The notes beneath the pieces were generated by a model. It was not told the origin of the DNA and made no database searches. It saw nothing but the letters and a program-made list of their open reading frames with translations. A stretch of 63,676 bases of DNA, the filler included, from Chiloscyllium plagiosum (Eukaryota): assembly GCF_004010195.1 (NCBI RefSeq). It is 5 parts of one record of this genome, joined end to end, with 100 filler letters (N's around TTAATTAATTAA, not from the genome) between each part and the next. Parts side by side here need not be neighbours in the genome. Positions count along the whole stretch, not along the records: positions 21,047 to 38,942 come from NC_057717.1; 4 more parts are not named here. One strand, given 5' to 3'. The translations under genes and the position numbers were made by a program. Position 1 is the first letter of the stretch; every line of letters starts with the position of its first letter. This document shows, in pieces, positions 25,420-38,776 of this stretch.

Positions 25420-25720
25420 GCCCACAGTGGGTAGCTCAGTAGTTAGCACTGCTGCATCACAGAGATCCAGGTTCAATTTCAGTCTCGAGTCACTGTCTCA
25501 CATTCTCCCTATGCCTGCAAGGGTTTCTCTCGAGTACTCCAGTTTCCTCCCAGTCCCAGGATGTGCACGTAAGGTGCAAAAGTCAAAGAAAATGCCAGGT
25601 TACAGAGATTGGGTTGGGGGCGGGGGGAATAGTGGGATTTAAATGTGATCGTCTTCGGAGGATCAGTGTGCTGTCGATGGGTCAAATGGCCTGCTTCCAC
25701 ATTGTAGGAATTCTACGTTT
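25420..25720 (+). mobile_element. HE1-type SINE
   Basis: A-box-like AGCTCAGTAGTTAGCACTGCTGC, B-box GGTTCAATT, CR1-like tail. Confidence 0.75.
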
Positions 25721-26419
25721 AACACCGTCATTGCACAAATCAGTTGAGGGAATAATCTCTGAGTTAATTCCAATTCCCCCAGTGAGGAGATTAATTCTGT
25801 ACAAACTACTCCAGATGTGATCTCACCGAGATCCTGTACATCAGCAGCAGCTCTTCACAAGCCTTATGTTAGGTTCCCATCCAGGTTAGAGCAGTCTCAG
25901 CTGTTTGTGGGAATCCACAGCATTGTTGAAAGATCATTGTCCTTCTTCACTCCAACAACATAACGGGAGATCTGATGAAAATGTCATAATGACACTTGAG
26001 AGAAATGGGTAAGATGTGATGAGATGACATCAATGTTGAGATATGCCTCACCAAACATCTCCCCTGAATCTGCCATTAATCTCCCCAGAGGCCATGTCAC
26101 TCAGATTCCACAGAATCTGGTAAGGTCGATCACAGAAACAGCAAGCAGAGCAAACATTTATGGGAGTTATATCTCAAAGTCAAAATTGTGATACAAATAC
26201 TGTTTATATTACAAAACAGGAAATTACATATCCAAGTTTGTGGGTACTACAACAAAAATGGACAGCTTCAAGTTACACCTGAACAGTGTCAACTCAAGTG
26301 AATTTTAATGCTGTGGAAATGGATTTCATGAGGGTGTGTGAGATGGGTTGCTTTAATAGTATGTTGAGCACCGAGCTAGAGTTCAGACTGTTTTAAAATT
26401 GGTGTTGTGTGATCAGAAG

Positions 26420-27650
26420 GTGGTACTTATTGTAGAGAACAGAAAAAAATGACAGGGAAACTAACCAGTTACTTCGTATCTGGCTTCATGGAGGAAATAC
26501 CAAGTGATCATGGCACTTGTGTAACTAAACGCTAAAATCATCCATATCAGTGATGATGAGGTAGTATTTGAAAACATATGTAGATTGAGGATTGATAGGT
26601 CTGACAGACCCGATTGAATTCATACTGAAATTTCAGAGACAGCAGCAGTGCACAGATTGTTTGCATTGAGGATCATTGTATTTTTCCATGTCCAATTTGG
26701 AAGATTATGAATGCATTCCAATGATTTACGAAGGGAAGAGGAGGGAGAGTGGAGACCTACAGAGCATCTAACCTGTTATCCACAGCAGGGAATCTGTTGA
26801 AATTTATTGTAAAGAATCTGATATTGGACACTTAGAGAACAATAACAAACGTCAAGAGAATGATTCTAGATTTCTGAAAGGGTAGTCAAAATTTGCAAAC
26901 TTTTTGCTTGAAGATAACCCTTGTGAATGCAAACAATGGAAAACCAGTGAATTATGGTATAGTTGGACACTCAGGAGGATTTTCAAGAACTCATGCAGTA
27001 AGTTAATAGAGAAAAAAAGTGTATTGGGAGAAACATATGCAGATTGAGCAAGGTAAAATTTAGGTTTGATTTTGTTTAAAGGGAATCAGTATATAGGCGG
27101 TGGAGAGCTCCATGTTCTCTCTCCACGGACTGACTCACTGTGATATCTTCCACGCTGGTTTCAGTACAGATTGAATCTTCTACAGTAATTTATTCTGACC
27201 AGAAGTAAAGACATTCTGCATGAGTTACACAGAGTGTTGGTGAGACGTTACCTGGAGTATTGTATACAGATCTGATGTCCTTTTCTAATTAAAACTTCTG
27301 ACAGAATAGAGTTTATGCTCCTGTGATTGCATGGTGTGAACATGAATTGGTGGGTTTCTGAAGAGATTATTAACAAGACTCAGAAGTGTGAACTGTCAAA
27401 GGAAAAGGTAAGAGAAAACAAGTGCAACTTTGTTAGAGTCTGAACCCAGAGAATACAGCATTACAGCAGGGAAGTGACAGAACTATGAAGCAAATACATT
27501 AGTTCTATCTTCACAACAGCAAAAAAAAAAAACCAAACAAGTCAAATCTTCCCAGCAAGACTGGGAAGCCTTAGTCTCGAGAGATAAAGACTGAGATTAA
27601 TAAATAATTGCATTGGGAGAAATTATTGGGACTTAAAGTATGGTTGCACT
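26420..27650 (+). mobile_element. Old CR1 remnants, collinear with 41620-42620 and 44230-44500
   Basis: Shared TATTGTAGAGAACAGAAAAA..TGACA, AAATACCAAGT, AATGCATTC.AATGATTTACGAAGGGAAGA. Confidence 0.65.
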
Positions 27651-27659
27651 CAGCAACCG

Positions 27660-29830
27660 AAAGTAAGAAGATAAAATCCAATACCAGAGCACTGTGCTTA
27701 AACAAAGGAGACTACAATAGGATGAGGGAGGAGTTGGCTAAAGTTGGCTAAAGTTGGCTGGAAGCAAAGACTTAAAGTTGGAACCGTTGATGGACACTGG
27801 CTGGCTTTCGATGCAATTTTTCCAAGTGCTCAGCAACAGTATATAACGGGGAAATGGAAGGACTGTAGGAAATGGGTAATCCATTGTGGATGTCTCAGGA
27901 AATAAGGAAGCTATCAAATAACTGGCATAAATAATGACAAAGACCACTGGGAAACTAAAAGATTTGGAAAAATATAAACGTTAAAAGAAAGCAACAAAAA
28001 AGCTATCAAAAAACATACGATCGATTATGAGAGTAAACTACCTCAGAATATAAAGACAGCTACCAAAAGATTCTACAAATATATAAAACTAAAATAGTGG
28101 CTAAGGTAAGCAATTGTCTTTTTTCAGGGTGTGAAGTGCGATTCAGTAATGGGGTATGGGGAAATGGCTGAGGATTTGAGCACATATTTTGTCGATCTTG
28201 TCTGTGAAATACATTAGTAACATGCCAATAATTGTCAAAGCGATGAAGATTGGTGAGGACCTGGAAACAATCATTCCCATGAAAGAGATAGTGTTGAGCA
28301 AGCTAATGGAACTAAAGGTAGATACGTCTCCTGGCTCTGATGGAATGCGTCACAATTTACTAACAGAGGTAGTGGGAGATATAGTAAATGCATTTGTGGA
28401 TTTTTTTCTAAATTCATTGGACTCTGGTGCAGTTCCAGCAGATTGGAAAACAGGAAATCAGACACGACTGTTTAAAAAGGGATGTAGACAAAGGTGAGGA
28501 ACTATGGACCAGTTAGCCATTCAGTGTAGTGGGGAAAATACTTCAATGTGTAATCAAGGAAGAAATAGCAATGCATCACGACAGGAATCGTCCCATTGGG
28601 CTGACACAGCATCAGTTCATGAAAGGAAAGTCCTGCTTAACTAATTTACTGGAAATCTATGAAGACATTATGACCACGGAGACCCAGTAGATGCGGCGTA
28701 CCGAGATTTACAAAAGGCATTCGACACAGTGCCGCCAAAACAGCTGCTGCATAAGGTAAAAATGTGTGGCATTACGGGTAATGCATTAACATGGATAGCG
28801 GATTGGTTAACTAGCAAGAAGCAATGAGTGGGAATAAATGAGTGTTTTTTTCTGGTTTCTGATCATTAACTAGTGGTATGCCTCAGGGATCAGTGCTAGG
28901 AATGCAACTATTCACAGCTTACATGGACGATTTGTAGTTGGACACCACGTGTAGTGTTTCAAAAATTGCAGATGATACTAAAATGAGTGTCAGAGCAAAG
29001 TGTGCAGAGGAATGCGAAACTTTACGCAGGAACATAAACAGCTTAAGTGAGTGGGCAAGGTCTAGCAGATAATTGTAATAAATGCGAAGTCATCCATTTT
29101 GACCGGAATACCAGTGAAAAGGACTATTACTTGCATGCTAAAACAAATGCAGCATTTTTCTGTGCACACGGACTTGGGTGTCCTTGTGCATGAATCACAG
29201 ATGTTGGTCTGCAGGTGCAACACGTAATTAACGAGTCAAATAGAATTGCTAAAGGGATTGAGTTTAAAAGCAGGAGGTTATGTTGCAGCTGTACAAGGTG
29301 CTGGTGAGAACACACCTGGAGTATTGTGTGCAGTTTTGGTCTACTCTCATGAGAAATGATGTCCTGGCACTGCGGTGGATGCAGAGGAGGTTCACTAGGT
29401 TGGTTCCGGAGTTGAAGGGGTTCGCTTATGTGGAGAGATAGAGTAGACTGGAATTATATATTGATTGGAATTTGAAAGAATAAGGGAAGATCTGATAGAA
29501 ACATATCTAATTATGAAGGAAATAGATCAGATAGAAATAGAGAGGACGTTTCCAGCAGTAGGTGAAACTAGGACATGAGGGCAAAGTCTCAAAATTAGGT
29601 AGAGCAGATTCAGGACTGAATTCAGAAGGAATGTCTCGATCAAAAAGTTTGTGAATCGGTGGAATTCCCTGCTGAGTGAAATAGTTGAAGCTTTGTCATT
29701 GAATGTGTTTGAAGCTCAGACAGATAATGTTTTGAGCAGTAAAGGAACTAATGGCTATGGTGAGCGGACGGGAAAGTAGAGCTGAGGCCATGAAATGATC
29801 AGCCATGTTCTTATTAATTTTCCTAGTTCT
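27660..29830 (+). mobile_element. CR1 LINE ORF2 to 3' end, degenerate
   Basis: DTSPGSDG..VPADWKTGN in ORF 28189-28497; PQGSVLG and IADD motifs downstream. Confidence 0.9.
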
Positions 29831-31120
29831 TATGTAATGGGTCAACATGAAATGAGAATCATATTTGTGAAACTGACTGGTGTATACATACGGTAAAGCA
29901 ATGGATGCAGTGCATTTGGATTTTCAGAAAGATTTTGGTAAAGACTCTGGCCAGGTGTGCAAACTCAAATGTTACAGGGTTGAGGCTAAAATATGAACAT
30001 GGTTTTAGAATGAGAGAGCTGATAGGAGACAGCGAACAGGAATAGAACAGTCTGTTTTGAAGTGCAAGGATCTTTGGGTATCGCAGGGTTCGGTGCTTTG
30101 GCTCCAGCTATTCCCAATACATCAAAAACATTTGGTTGAGAGAATCAAATGCAGTATAACCCAGTCTGTTGACGGCACTAAATGATGTTGGATAGTGAGT
30201 GGGCGAAGAGTATATTTTAAAACAGCTCCAAAGTGATTGAGACAAGTAGAGTGAATGGGCAAATACGTGGCAGATGAAGAGCAATGGGGGTGGATGTGAC
30301 GGTGTGTCTTTTGGTGGAAACAATAGAACAGCAATCTATCATTTGAAAATGGATTGGGCGAGACATTTTGATCTTTAAAGGGATTTATGCCTTTTTGTTT
30401 TCTTCTGCGCAGACCTCCATGGTCAGTTCAGAGCAGTGAGTTCTGATGCCAGAAGTCAATACTGGGAATGATATTGGCACATTAACCAGGTACACAGACA
30501 CAACATGTAGGTAGCGGCCACATTGAAAAGTTCCGGATCTCCCTGTACAACAGTCATGAAAGCAATATTGCAGAACCACAAAACTGGTAGGAAGGTAAAG
30601 GCTGTGTTGACCATCATTTGAGGGGGATTTGAACACAGGAGTAAGGGTATCTTACTGCAACCCTACAGGCCCTTGGGGAGACGCCCATGTCGACCATTTT
30701 GCAGTATTGCGTGCAATGTCAGTCTCCTTACTTAAAAAAGGACAGACCTGACATTGAGGGAGAGCAGTGAAGGATGACTAGACTGATTTCTGGGATGACA
30801 CACTTGTTGAGGGAGCAGAGTTTGGGGCGACTGGACCTGTATTCCTTGGGCTTTAGGAAAATGAGTGGAGATCTCAATGAAATATTTAAAACACTGACAG
30901 GACGAGACAGATTGGAAACAAGGAAGATAATTCCCCTGGCCGGGTTGTCTAAAACAAGAGGTCACAGTATTAGGAACAGGCAGGCCGCTCTGTACTGAGA
31001 TGAGAGTGGTGCCCCCAGAGAGTGGTGACCCTAGGAAATTCTCTACCGCATCAGGCTGTGGAAGGCAAAACACGGGATATAAATAAGGATTTCTAGACAT
31101 TAAAGGGATCAGGAGACAGC
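29830..31120 (+). mobile_element. Old CR1 RT and 3' remnants, interrupted
   Basis: MTRLISG..LYSL..GDLNEIFK..TRGHS in ORF 30774-30998. Confidence 0.7.
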
Positions 31121-31699
31121 TGGGGTACGGCTGTCACAAGCTCAGAGATATTAGGAAGGAGGTCTCTGCGGGGTCAACAGGACTGTGTTTCCCATTCCCT
31201 TTTCCGATACTGAGGCTGCAGCTGGGTGTTCTGTCGGTTTTACCCTTCCAAACCTCGGAGCACATCAGTACAATTTAGTATCTTGCTTGACCGGTTTAGA
31301 GACCATTGAACAGTTTATCACATGTCTGTGTGTCTGGAGTCACTTCTAGGCCAGGCCAGGAAAGCATAGAATTCACCAGAACAGAATTCACATCCATAAA
31401 GTACATTGGGGAAGCAAATTGAAGTTTACAATCGACATTGATTTCAGGGTCACTGTTACTGACACCAGATTTCAAATCTCGATATTTTATTAGTTGTTTT
31501 TAACTTCCACCATCTGCCAGAGCATTAGCCTGGTCTGGATTAGTAATCCAGTGCCATTTCCACAACAGCACCATCTGCACATGGGGAGCTATTGGAAACC
31601 AGACTGAGCAGGTTATTTCTGTGCTGCTTGACAGCTCTGTCAAAAAGAACTCCCACCATTTGACGGCCATGATGGCACTGAGGGGTTGATAATTGGTCA

Positions 31700-32270
31700 G
31701 ATTGTCAGTATTCCCCCCTTAGAGGACTGGACATAGCTGAGCAATTTTCCACATTGCCAGGGAGATGTCAGAGTTGGAGCTGAAATGAAACAGCTTCCCC
31801 AGGGACACGGACTGTTGTGCAGGACAAGTCTTAAGTCCTATTGCAGGAATGGCGTCAGGGCCCATTGCCTTTCTCGTATCGACTGTGTTCAGCTGTTTCT
31901 TCATGCCACGTGCAGTGAATTAAATTAATTGAAGACTGGCATCTGTGATACTTTTGGCATCACGATGAGGGTGAGGTGGATCTCCCACTCAACACTTCTG
32001 GCTGAGGATGGTGCAGATATTGCATCCTTGTTTTTTATATTGATGTGCAGGGCTGTTCCATTATTTAGGATGGAGATAGTTGTAAAGCCCTCTCCGACAG
32101 TGAGCTGTTTCATGGTCCATTAGTATTTATGATTGAATGTGGCAGGACTGTTGGTCAGTTGGCCACGGGTGAATTGCACCCTGTCTATCAGATGTCAGTT
32201 CTACTGTTTGGAATTCATGCAGTCAGTTGTGGTAGGTTTAGCGGGTTGCCATCAGGTTTCGGCACACATG
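31700..32270 (-). mobile_element. L2/CR1-group LINE fragment
   Basis: VDTRKAMGPDAIPA..LKTC..WKIAQLCPV in ORF 31719-31904. Confidence 0.65.
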
Positions 32271-32349
32271 GTTCTGAAGCTGGCATGTTCACTCATACAG
32301 CAATGAAACACAGATTGGCTTGGTGGTAATTGCAGTCTGATGAATTATC

Positions 32350-34365
32350 CGAGGTGAGAGCTGAAAAATGGCTTGCTGGAAAAGCGCAGCAGGTCAGGCA
32401 TCATCAAAGGAGCAGGAGAATCGACGTTTTGGACATATGTCCGACTTCAGGAATGAGGAAGTTGTGCAAGCAGGTTAAGATAAGAGGTAGGGAGGAGGGA
32501 CTTGGGGGAGTGGCGTTGGGAATGCGATAGGTTAAGGTTAAGGTGATAGGCCGGAGAGGGGGTGGGGGCGGAGAGGTCGGGAAGAAGATTGCAGGTGAAG
32601 AAGGCGATGCTGAGTCCGAGGGTTGGGACTGAGATAAGGTGGGGGAGGGGAAATGAGGAAGCTGGGGAAATCTGAGTTCATCCCTTGTGGTTGGAAGGTT
32701 CCTAGGCAGAAGATGAGGCGCTCTTCTTCCAGGCATCCTGTTACCATGGTCTGGCGATGGAGGAGGCCAAGGACCTGCATGTCCTTGGCGGAGTGGGAGG
32801 GGTAGTAAAAGTGTTCAGCCACAGGCGGTTGGGTTGGTTGGTGCGGGTGTCCCAGAGGTGTTCTCTGAAACGTTCCGCGGGTAGGTGACCCCAATGTAGA
32901 GGATGCCACATCGGGTGCAGCGGATGCAGTAAACGATGTGTGTGGATGTGCAGGTGAATTTGTGACGGATATGGAAGGATCCCTTGGGGCCTTGGAGGGA
33001 AGTGAGGGGGGGGGAGGTGTGGGCGCAAGTTTTGCATTTCTTGCTGTTGCAGGGGAAGGTGCCGGTAGTGGAGGCTGGGTTGGTGGGTGGTGTGGACCTG
33101 ACGAGGAAGTCGGGGAGGGAATGGTCTTTCTGGAACGCTAAATGGGGAGGGGAGGGAAATATATCCTTGGTGATGGGGTCTGTTTGGAGGTGGCAGAAAT
33201 GACGGCGGATGATACGATGTATCTGGAGATTGGTGGTGCGGTGGCTGAGGACCAGTGGGGTTCTGTCCTGGTGGCGATTGGAGGGGCGGGGTTCAATGGA
33301 GGAGGAGCAGGAAGTGGAGGAGATGCGGTGGAGAGCATCGTCAACCACGTCTGAGGGGAAATTGCGATCTTTGAAGAAGGAGGTCATCTGGGTTGTTCAG
33401 TATTGGAATTGGTCCTCCTGGGAGCAGACGTGGGGAGGCGAAGGAATTGGGAATATGGGATGGCGTTTTTACAGTGGGCAGGGTGGGAGGAGGTGTAATC
33501 TAAGTAGCTGTTGGAGTCGGTCGGTTTATGGTGAATATCCGAGTTGAGTCGGTCGGCCGAGATAGAAATGGAGAGGTCTGGGAAGGGGAAGGAGGAGTCT
33601 GAGACGGTCCAGGCAAATTTGGAGTCGGGGTGGAAGGTGTTAGTAAAGTGGATGAACTGTTGCAACTCCTCATGGGAGCACGATGTAGCGCCGATACAGC
33701 CATCGGTGTAGCAGATGAAAAGGTGGTGGTGTGGTGTCAGTGTAGCTGTGGAAGATGGACTGTTCCACATATCCCACGAAGAGACAGGCATAGCTGGGGC
33801 CCATGCGGGTGCCCATGGCTACACCTTTGGTTTGGAGGAAGTGGGAGGATTGGAAAAAAAAGTTGTTCAGAGTGAGGAACAGTTCAGTCAGTCGAAGGAG
33901 GCTGTCAGTGGAAGGGTACTGGTTGGTACGGCGGGAAAGGAAGAAGTGGAGGGCTTTTAGGCATTCGTGATGGGGATGGAGGTGTATAGGAACTGCACGT
34001 CCATGGTGAAGATAAGACTTTGGAGGCCGGGGAATCGAAAATCACGGAGAAGGTGGAGGGCGTGGGTGTGTCTCGAATCTAGGTGGGGAATTCTTGTACT
34101 AAGGGGGTCAGGACAGTGTCGAGGTATGCAGAGATGAGTTCTATGAGGCAGGAGCAGGCTGAGACAATGCGTCGGCTGGTGCAGTCAGTTTTGTGGATTT
34201 TGGGCAGGAGGTAGAAACGGGCGGTGCGGGGTTGTGGGACGATGAGGTAGGAGGCGGTGGATGGGAGATCCCCTGAGGTGGTGAGATTATGTATAGTCTG
34301 GGAGATGATGGTTTGTTGGTGGGAGGTGGGGTCATGGTCAAGGGGGCAGTAGGAAGAGGTGTGTT
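32350..34365 (-). mobile_element. Penelope-like element (RT and GIY-YIG), longer copy of the family at 7490-9075, frameshifted
   Basis: ORF 32815-33387 CNSKKCKTC..IVYCIRCTRCGILYIG; YTDGCIG RT motif in ORF 33384-33791; high nucleotide similarity to 7490-9075. Confidence 0.92.
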
Positions 34366-35914
34366 ATCGATGTTTGTCCTGTATTGCTGGACATTGCTAC
34401 TGATCGCAGATACTGCTCTAAGCTGGGTGGTGAGTTCAGATCATGCTCTGTGGGTCTGGTGCTTTGGCCCACTCTGGGAAGAGATGTACTAACCCATCTG
34501 CCAAGATATCTGTAACCCTGTTGACAAACCGTGGTGTAATTGACCCTTATCTGTTATGCTCTGGGTAAAACGTACATGGCAGTCCCAAAATGAGGAAAGC
34601 TCAATCGAGTGCCCATTGTCCTTTTAAAGATGGCACTAGTGCCAGGAATAATGGGATATCCAGCGGCATCTGGACGATGGTGTGTACCTCCAGCTAAAGT
34701 GGGTGGGAGAATCGGGTTAACATTGAATGGGAGTGACACCATGGGTTAGGGTGAGTAGTTAATGAGGTGAGTTCGATAAGATTACACCAGGAAACTAGCT
34801 CGGCCTCGTGCAGAGAATCCCCCGTCACACTCAATGAAAATCACTCAAAGATAAATCATTGTTAGATTCAGACAGATGAGTTGATGACTCTGCTGACCCC
34901 ATTCACAGTTACAGGCTGCAGAACAAATCCTCATCCACAACTCTCCATCATCTGAACTCACACCTATATTCTGTTCACCGTAATACTGGCTTATTTTGCC
35001 TGATGCTGTCGAAATGTCTATATCTCAGCATTCTGAAACCTGAGCACATCCTTCCATGATATTGTTGCTCAATCTCACCCACTCTGTTTATACCCAAAAC
35101 CACTTTCATTTACAGTCATGCACGGAGACAGGTCCTTCAGCAAAAACTGGTCCATACCAACCAAAATGTCCGTCCACATTAACCCTATTTCCCTGCACTT
35201 GGCCCAGATCTTTCTCTGCCTTTCCAATTCATATATTGTTCGAACAAAGTGCAGCGAGGTTTTGTGACATCAAGGAAGGCCTCAGGAAAGATCTCACTGA
35301 ATCTACCATTCATCTCACCCTAGCAATCAGATTACACAGAAACAATTTGACTGGAGGTTATAAACAAGAAGTACAAGCAAACACTGGTGGGAGATGTGTA
35401 TGGAAGTCAATACTGCAGGGAAAAATGTGTACGTTCTAAACAGAAAATTAGATATACAAGCATTTGCAGGCAAAATCCGACGGGTCTGGTACGATTTGAA
35501 GGAAGGAAGTCGAAAGTTTGGCTCTCGAATAGGACAGCAGGTTAGGGTGCATCCAAGGAGCAGGAAAGTCAATGTTTCGGTCATAAGCCCTTCATCAGGA
35601 ATTCACTTCAGAATTCACTTTTTCCTAATCCTCTGTAGGAAGAGAGTGAGTCAATATTTTAATTTGGGAATTCTTCATCAGAACAGCTTTTGTTTTCGAT
35701 CTGCAGTATATGCAGCTCTTTGTTTTATTTTAGATCAGCAATTATCTTAAATGCTGCAGTATTAATGGACAACTTGATCTGGGAAAAGGGGAAGGGTGAG
35801 GGCAAAGAGCAGGCCCTGTGGAGGTAAAGGAAGGCTTGTTAGAAGCACCACACTGGAATTCAGAATCATTTGAACAGATGTGACAGATCCAGAGAAAGTG
35901 GGAGGATGCAGTTT

Positions 35915-36240
35915 CTCGCGCAGCTGGTCACTGAGTGTCACAGCATCAATTACCTGGGTTCGATTCCACCCTTTGGTGACATTCTGTGCGGTGCTTGCAC
36001 GCTCTACTTGTGTGTGCGTGAGTTTCCTCTGGGTGTTTGGTTTTCCTCTCACCACCAAAAATGTCCAGGTTAGGTTCAGTGACGTCACTAAATTGTTCCG
36101 CAGTATGCAGGTTCGTTGGATTGTCTATGGAAAATGTAGAGTTACCGGCGTAACGTTTGGGTTTTTTATGGTTGGATGTTATCTGGAGGGTCAGTGTGGA
36201 CTCGGTGGGCCAAATGGCCTAGTTCCACACTGCTTCTATA
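35915..36240 (+). mobile_element. HE1-type SINE
   Basis: GGTTCGATTCC B-box, GCGTGAGTTTCCTCTGGGTG core, tail CCACACTG. Confidence 0.75.
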
Positions 36241-36269
36241 ATTACTATGTAGCTGTCTGTGTTTGAAAA

Positions 36270-37790
36270 CACTTCCCAGGATCCTATCTATAAGTGCGAA
36301 CACAATTTGCCTCAACAAAATGTTACACCTTCCGTTTATCTAACATGAACTCCACCAGTCATTCCTCGGCCCTTTAGCCTATCTGATCAGCGTCCCGTTT
36401 TACTCTGAGTTAACTATCTTCACTGTCCACTACCTCACCAATTTTGGTGTTATCTGCAAAGTCACTAACCTTTCCTATTGTATTCTCATCCAAATCATTT
36501 ATATAAAATGACAAAATCCATTCGATCCTTGAGGTACACTGCTGGTCACAGGCCTCCAGTCTAAAAAGAAATAACAGTTCACAAACATTTACTTCGTCTA
36601 TTGCCTTCGAGTCAATTACCTCCCAACTCTCCCTGTATTCCATGTGATCTCACCATGCTAACCAGTTTACCATGCGGAACCTTTTTGAATGCTTTACCAA
36701 AGTCTATATTCTATTCCACAGTTCTATTTCTGTGCCGTCATCAATCTTATTCGTCACTTCTTCAAAATGCTAAATCAAATTAGTGGGACACGATTTCCCA
36801 CACACAAAGTCATGTTGACTATCGCTAATCGGAATTTGCATTTCTAAACAAAAGTAAATGCTGTCCCTCAGAATCCCCTCCAACAACTTACCCACCAATG
36901 ACATCAGTCCCACTTGTCTACACATTCCTGGCTTTTCCTTACCAACTGTTCTTAAACAATGACACAACTTTACCTGCGACTGTCCATGATACAGATATCT
37001 CAGCCAGAGACCGAACAATTACTTCGCTAGCTTCCCAACAGATCTGGGATACACCTGATTAGTTCATGGATCATAGAACAGTGCAGCACAGTACGGGCCC
37101 TTGAGCTGCTGATGTTGTGCCGGTAGTTTATCCAACTCAAAGGTCAGACTAACCTTCATGCTCTTCAGTGTACTAAAATCCATGTGCCTAACCAAGAGTC
37201 ACTTAAAAGGTCAGAGGGGGTTATCCACCTTAATGCATTTTAAAATATCCAGCTCCTCATCTTCTGTGATATGGACAAATTTCAAGATATCACTATTCAT
37301 TTCCTCAAGTTCTCTATCTTTCATATCCTCCTCCACAGTACATACTGATGCAAAATATTTATTATCTCACCGATCTTATGTAGTTCCACACATAGGTCAC
37401 TTTGCTGATCTTTAAGGGGTCCTGTTCTCTCTCTTGTTACTCTTTTGACCTTAATGTATTTGTAGAATCACTTTAGAATGTCCCTTACCTTATTTTCGAA
37501 AGATATCTTATGTCCCCATTTTGCCCTCCTGATTTCCCTCTTGGGTATTAGCCTACATCCCTGGTACTCCACAATGGATTCACTCGATCCCTACTGTCTG
37601 TACCTATCATATGCTCCCGCCTTTTCTTGAACAGAGCCTCAATTCTGCTCGCCATTCAGCATTCCCTACACCTACCAGCATTACCCTGCTCATGGACAGT
37701 AACATGCTGTCGGTAGACTCTGTAAATCATTTGTGAAGGCCTCCCACTTTCCCGCCAATAGCTTCTCCAAAGCAGCTTTACAAAGTGAGA
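36270..37790 (-). mobile_element. CR1 LINE ORF2 fragments
   Basis: YINDLD..DFADNTKIG (ORF 36410-36643); LVGKLLEGILRD..SQHDF (ORF 36770-37018). Confidence 0.85.
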
Positions 37791-38319
37791 ACATAAAACG
37801 TTCAAAGTTGGCCTGAGTCAACTTAAAACTTTAAAATTTATATTAGGAGTTTTCTTCTCCATAAGTATTTTACAACTGATAGTTACTGCATAACAGGGTC
37901 AAGGAACAGAATGACCCCCTCCTGTCCCTCTGTAACAAACTTGAGAGGCTGAATGTCCCTTTGTATCAGGGGTGTGTTGACAGAATTACTTCCTCCTGTT
38001 CTTGCGCAGCATTCTCGATGCTCTGAATGATGTCCCAAGGTTATGGAAGAATTTGACAACAGTGCACATAAAACCAGGAGCAACATTACACAAAGTAAAT
38101 GGACAATTAATATATACACTGGTTTATTGGCTCTGAAAATTACCCCACCAGTCACCTTACGCAGCGGATCTGTTACTTTTTCACTGTCGCCCTTTATAAA
38201 CAGTATGTAATATACACAGTCCTGCAGTGTTCTGGCACTACTCCCACATACAAAAGAAGCAATAAGAATATTGAAAGATTTATGGTCCATCCCTAAGCCA
38301 TGCCCATCCATTCCACCCA

Positions 38320-38595
38320 TACCGAGTAAATGTTCCCTTTTATTGGGATATGAAAAGTGATGTCAAGAAGGGGTTAACTGGACCTGTTTGTTCAGTGTAA
38401 TTAATGTTAGTCGCCATGGGTTGCAATTACCCCAGTGGACGGTTTCCATCTTTTAATGATAAGTGGGCTCCATTCATTGTGTTATCCCACGTTATAGTGG
38501 GAGCATCACCAACAGTGTTAACAGGAATCAGCAGCTCCAGAGAAACAGGGGGGAGAGATCAGAGTCTGAGCACAAGAGTCTGGAATGTTTCAACA
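38320..38595 (+). promoter_or_regulatory. Putative proximal promoter/5'UTR of receptor paralog 2
   Basis: Aligns by eye to the reverse complement of 16570-16830; shared blocks ATGAAAAGT, GGRTTAACTG, TTTGTTCAG, AGTCNCCATGG, TTATCCCA, GAGCATCACC. Confidence 0.5.
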
Positions 38596-38776
38596 ATGGA
38601 TCACAATCTGAGAACATTAGACTGGAATGTCCCAAGAATGGGTAGGAGTTTATACAGGGATGTTTGGTTTCTTTCTACGTATTATGATCGAAGGTCATTA
38701 TCGTGGCGGACCAAATATGTACTTTACATTATGCAATATTTTTATTATCCAATCCTGGCTTTTGTTGGTGTACCTG
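38596..38776 (+). CDS. GPR139-like: First coding exon of a GPR139/GPR142-like class A GPCR, paralog 2 (start codon uncertain: 38404, 38596 or 38638)
   Basis: Within ORF 38404-38820: MDHNLRTLDWNVPRMGRSLYRDVWFLSTYYDRRSLSWRTKYVLYIMQYFYYPILAFVGVP plus G, then GTAAGT at 38777. Same motif, intron position and phase as the exon at 16394-16526. The piece ends at 38942, so exon 2 cannot be linked. Confidence 0.85.

Noticed and set aside
25420..25490. tRNA genes from A/B-box motifs (also near 35940 and 48560)
   Set aside because: These are SINE heads followed by SINE core and tail; no full cloverleaf.
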